A stretch of DNA of 34,926 nucleotides from Ignavibacteriota bacterium. GTDB lineage: Bacteria > Bacteroidota > Ignavibacteria > Palsa-1295. Location: NCBI GenBank assembly GCA_025357895.1, contig JANYLL010000296.1, positions 1-34,926 of the forward strand, read 5' to 3'. The translations under genes were made by a program, and so were the position numbers. Positions 34,609-34,926 of the stretch are shown here, piece by piece (position 1 is the stretch's first letter; the number at the start of each line of letters is the position of its first letter). The notes under the pieces are model-generated. The model was not told the DNA's origin, ran no database searches, and was given only the letters and a program-made list of their open reading frames with translations.

Positions 34609-34926
34609 ATGCAGAATGGAAAAAAGCAAATCACGGCGTCAATTTTGGGCGCATCCGGCTACTCCGGCTCTATGGCGTTGCGGATTTTGCTGCGCCATCC
34701 GCATGTCACCGTAGATAAAGTTTTTGCTTCATCTTCTGTAGGTGAGAAAGTCCATACTCTCTATCCTTCGATGAGGAATATGACCGATAAGAGCTATGAA
34801 GAGTATTCCCATGACAAAATTGAAAACTCGGATATCATCTTCATTGCTCTTCCCCCAGAGAATGCCATGCATATTGTACCGCAACTTTTGAAGAGCGGGA
34901 AGAAAGTGGTCGATCTCAGCGGTGAT
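34609..34926 (+). CDS. argC: N-acetyl-gamma-glutamyl-phosphate reductase (3' partial; absent from the ORF track)
   Basis: MQNGKKQITASILGASGYSGSMALRILLRHPHV...DIIFIALP...GKKVVDLSGD. Confidence 0.93.
   Translation, partial: MQNGKKQITASILGASGYSGSMALRILLRHPHVTVDKVFASSSVGEKVHTLYPSMRNMTDKSYEEYSHDKIENSDIIFIALPPENAMHIVPQLLKSGKKVVDLSGD

Noticed and set aside
103-34629. Numerous short antisense or nested ORFs in the six-frame track
   Set aside because: Shadow frames of well-supported genes or regulatory DNA, with no recognisable motifs

Overview
Chromosomal window (about 40% GC by eye) from a Bacteroidota/Chlorobiota-Ignavibacteria/Kapabacteria-type bacterium. This is inferred from TAnnTTTG promoter elements, T9SS C-terminal sorting tails, a eukaryote/archaea-type ProRS and generally weak Shine-Dalgarno signals. 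Housekeeping content: proS (5' partial), a lone pstS, a SAM-I riboswitch-controlled metB-metX-hom operon, mce, uvrC-tsaD-rsmB-like, a lone clpX, tRNA-Arg(CCT), tRNA-Gln(CTG), and the start of argC with ARG boxes. Accessory content: a three-gene glycosylation cluster, a broken beta-propeller lipoprotein gene, a two-gene helicase-less (type IIB-like) restriction-modification system whose specificity subunit is a tandem duplication of near-identical domains, a DMF-amidase-like gene and a GH114 T9SS substrate. Intergenic DNA is dense in palindromic repeats: three TGTCATTC...AATGACA MITE-like elements with covarying stems, three GTAG/GTGG REP-like types, and heptamer tracts. A roughly 1 kb gene-poor island (21.9-22.9 kb) holds an orphan near-consensus promoter, a candidate sRNA and two gene scars. 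No integrase, transposase or CRISPR array was seen. All calls come from reading motifs by eye; no searches were run.
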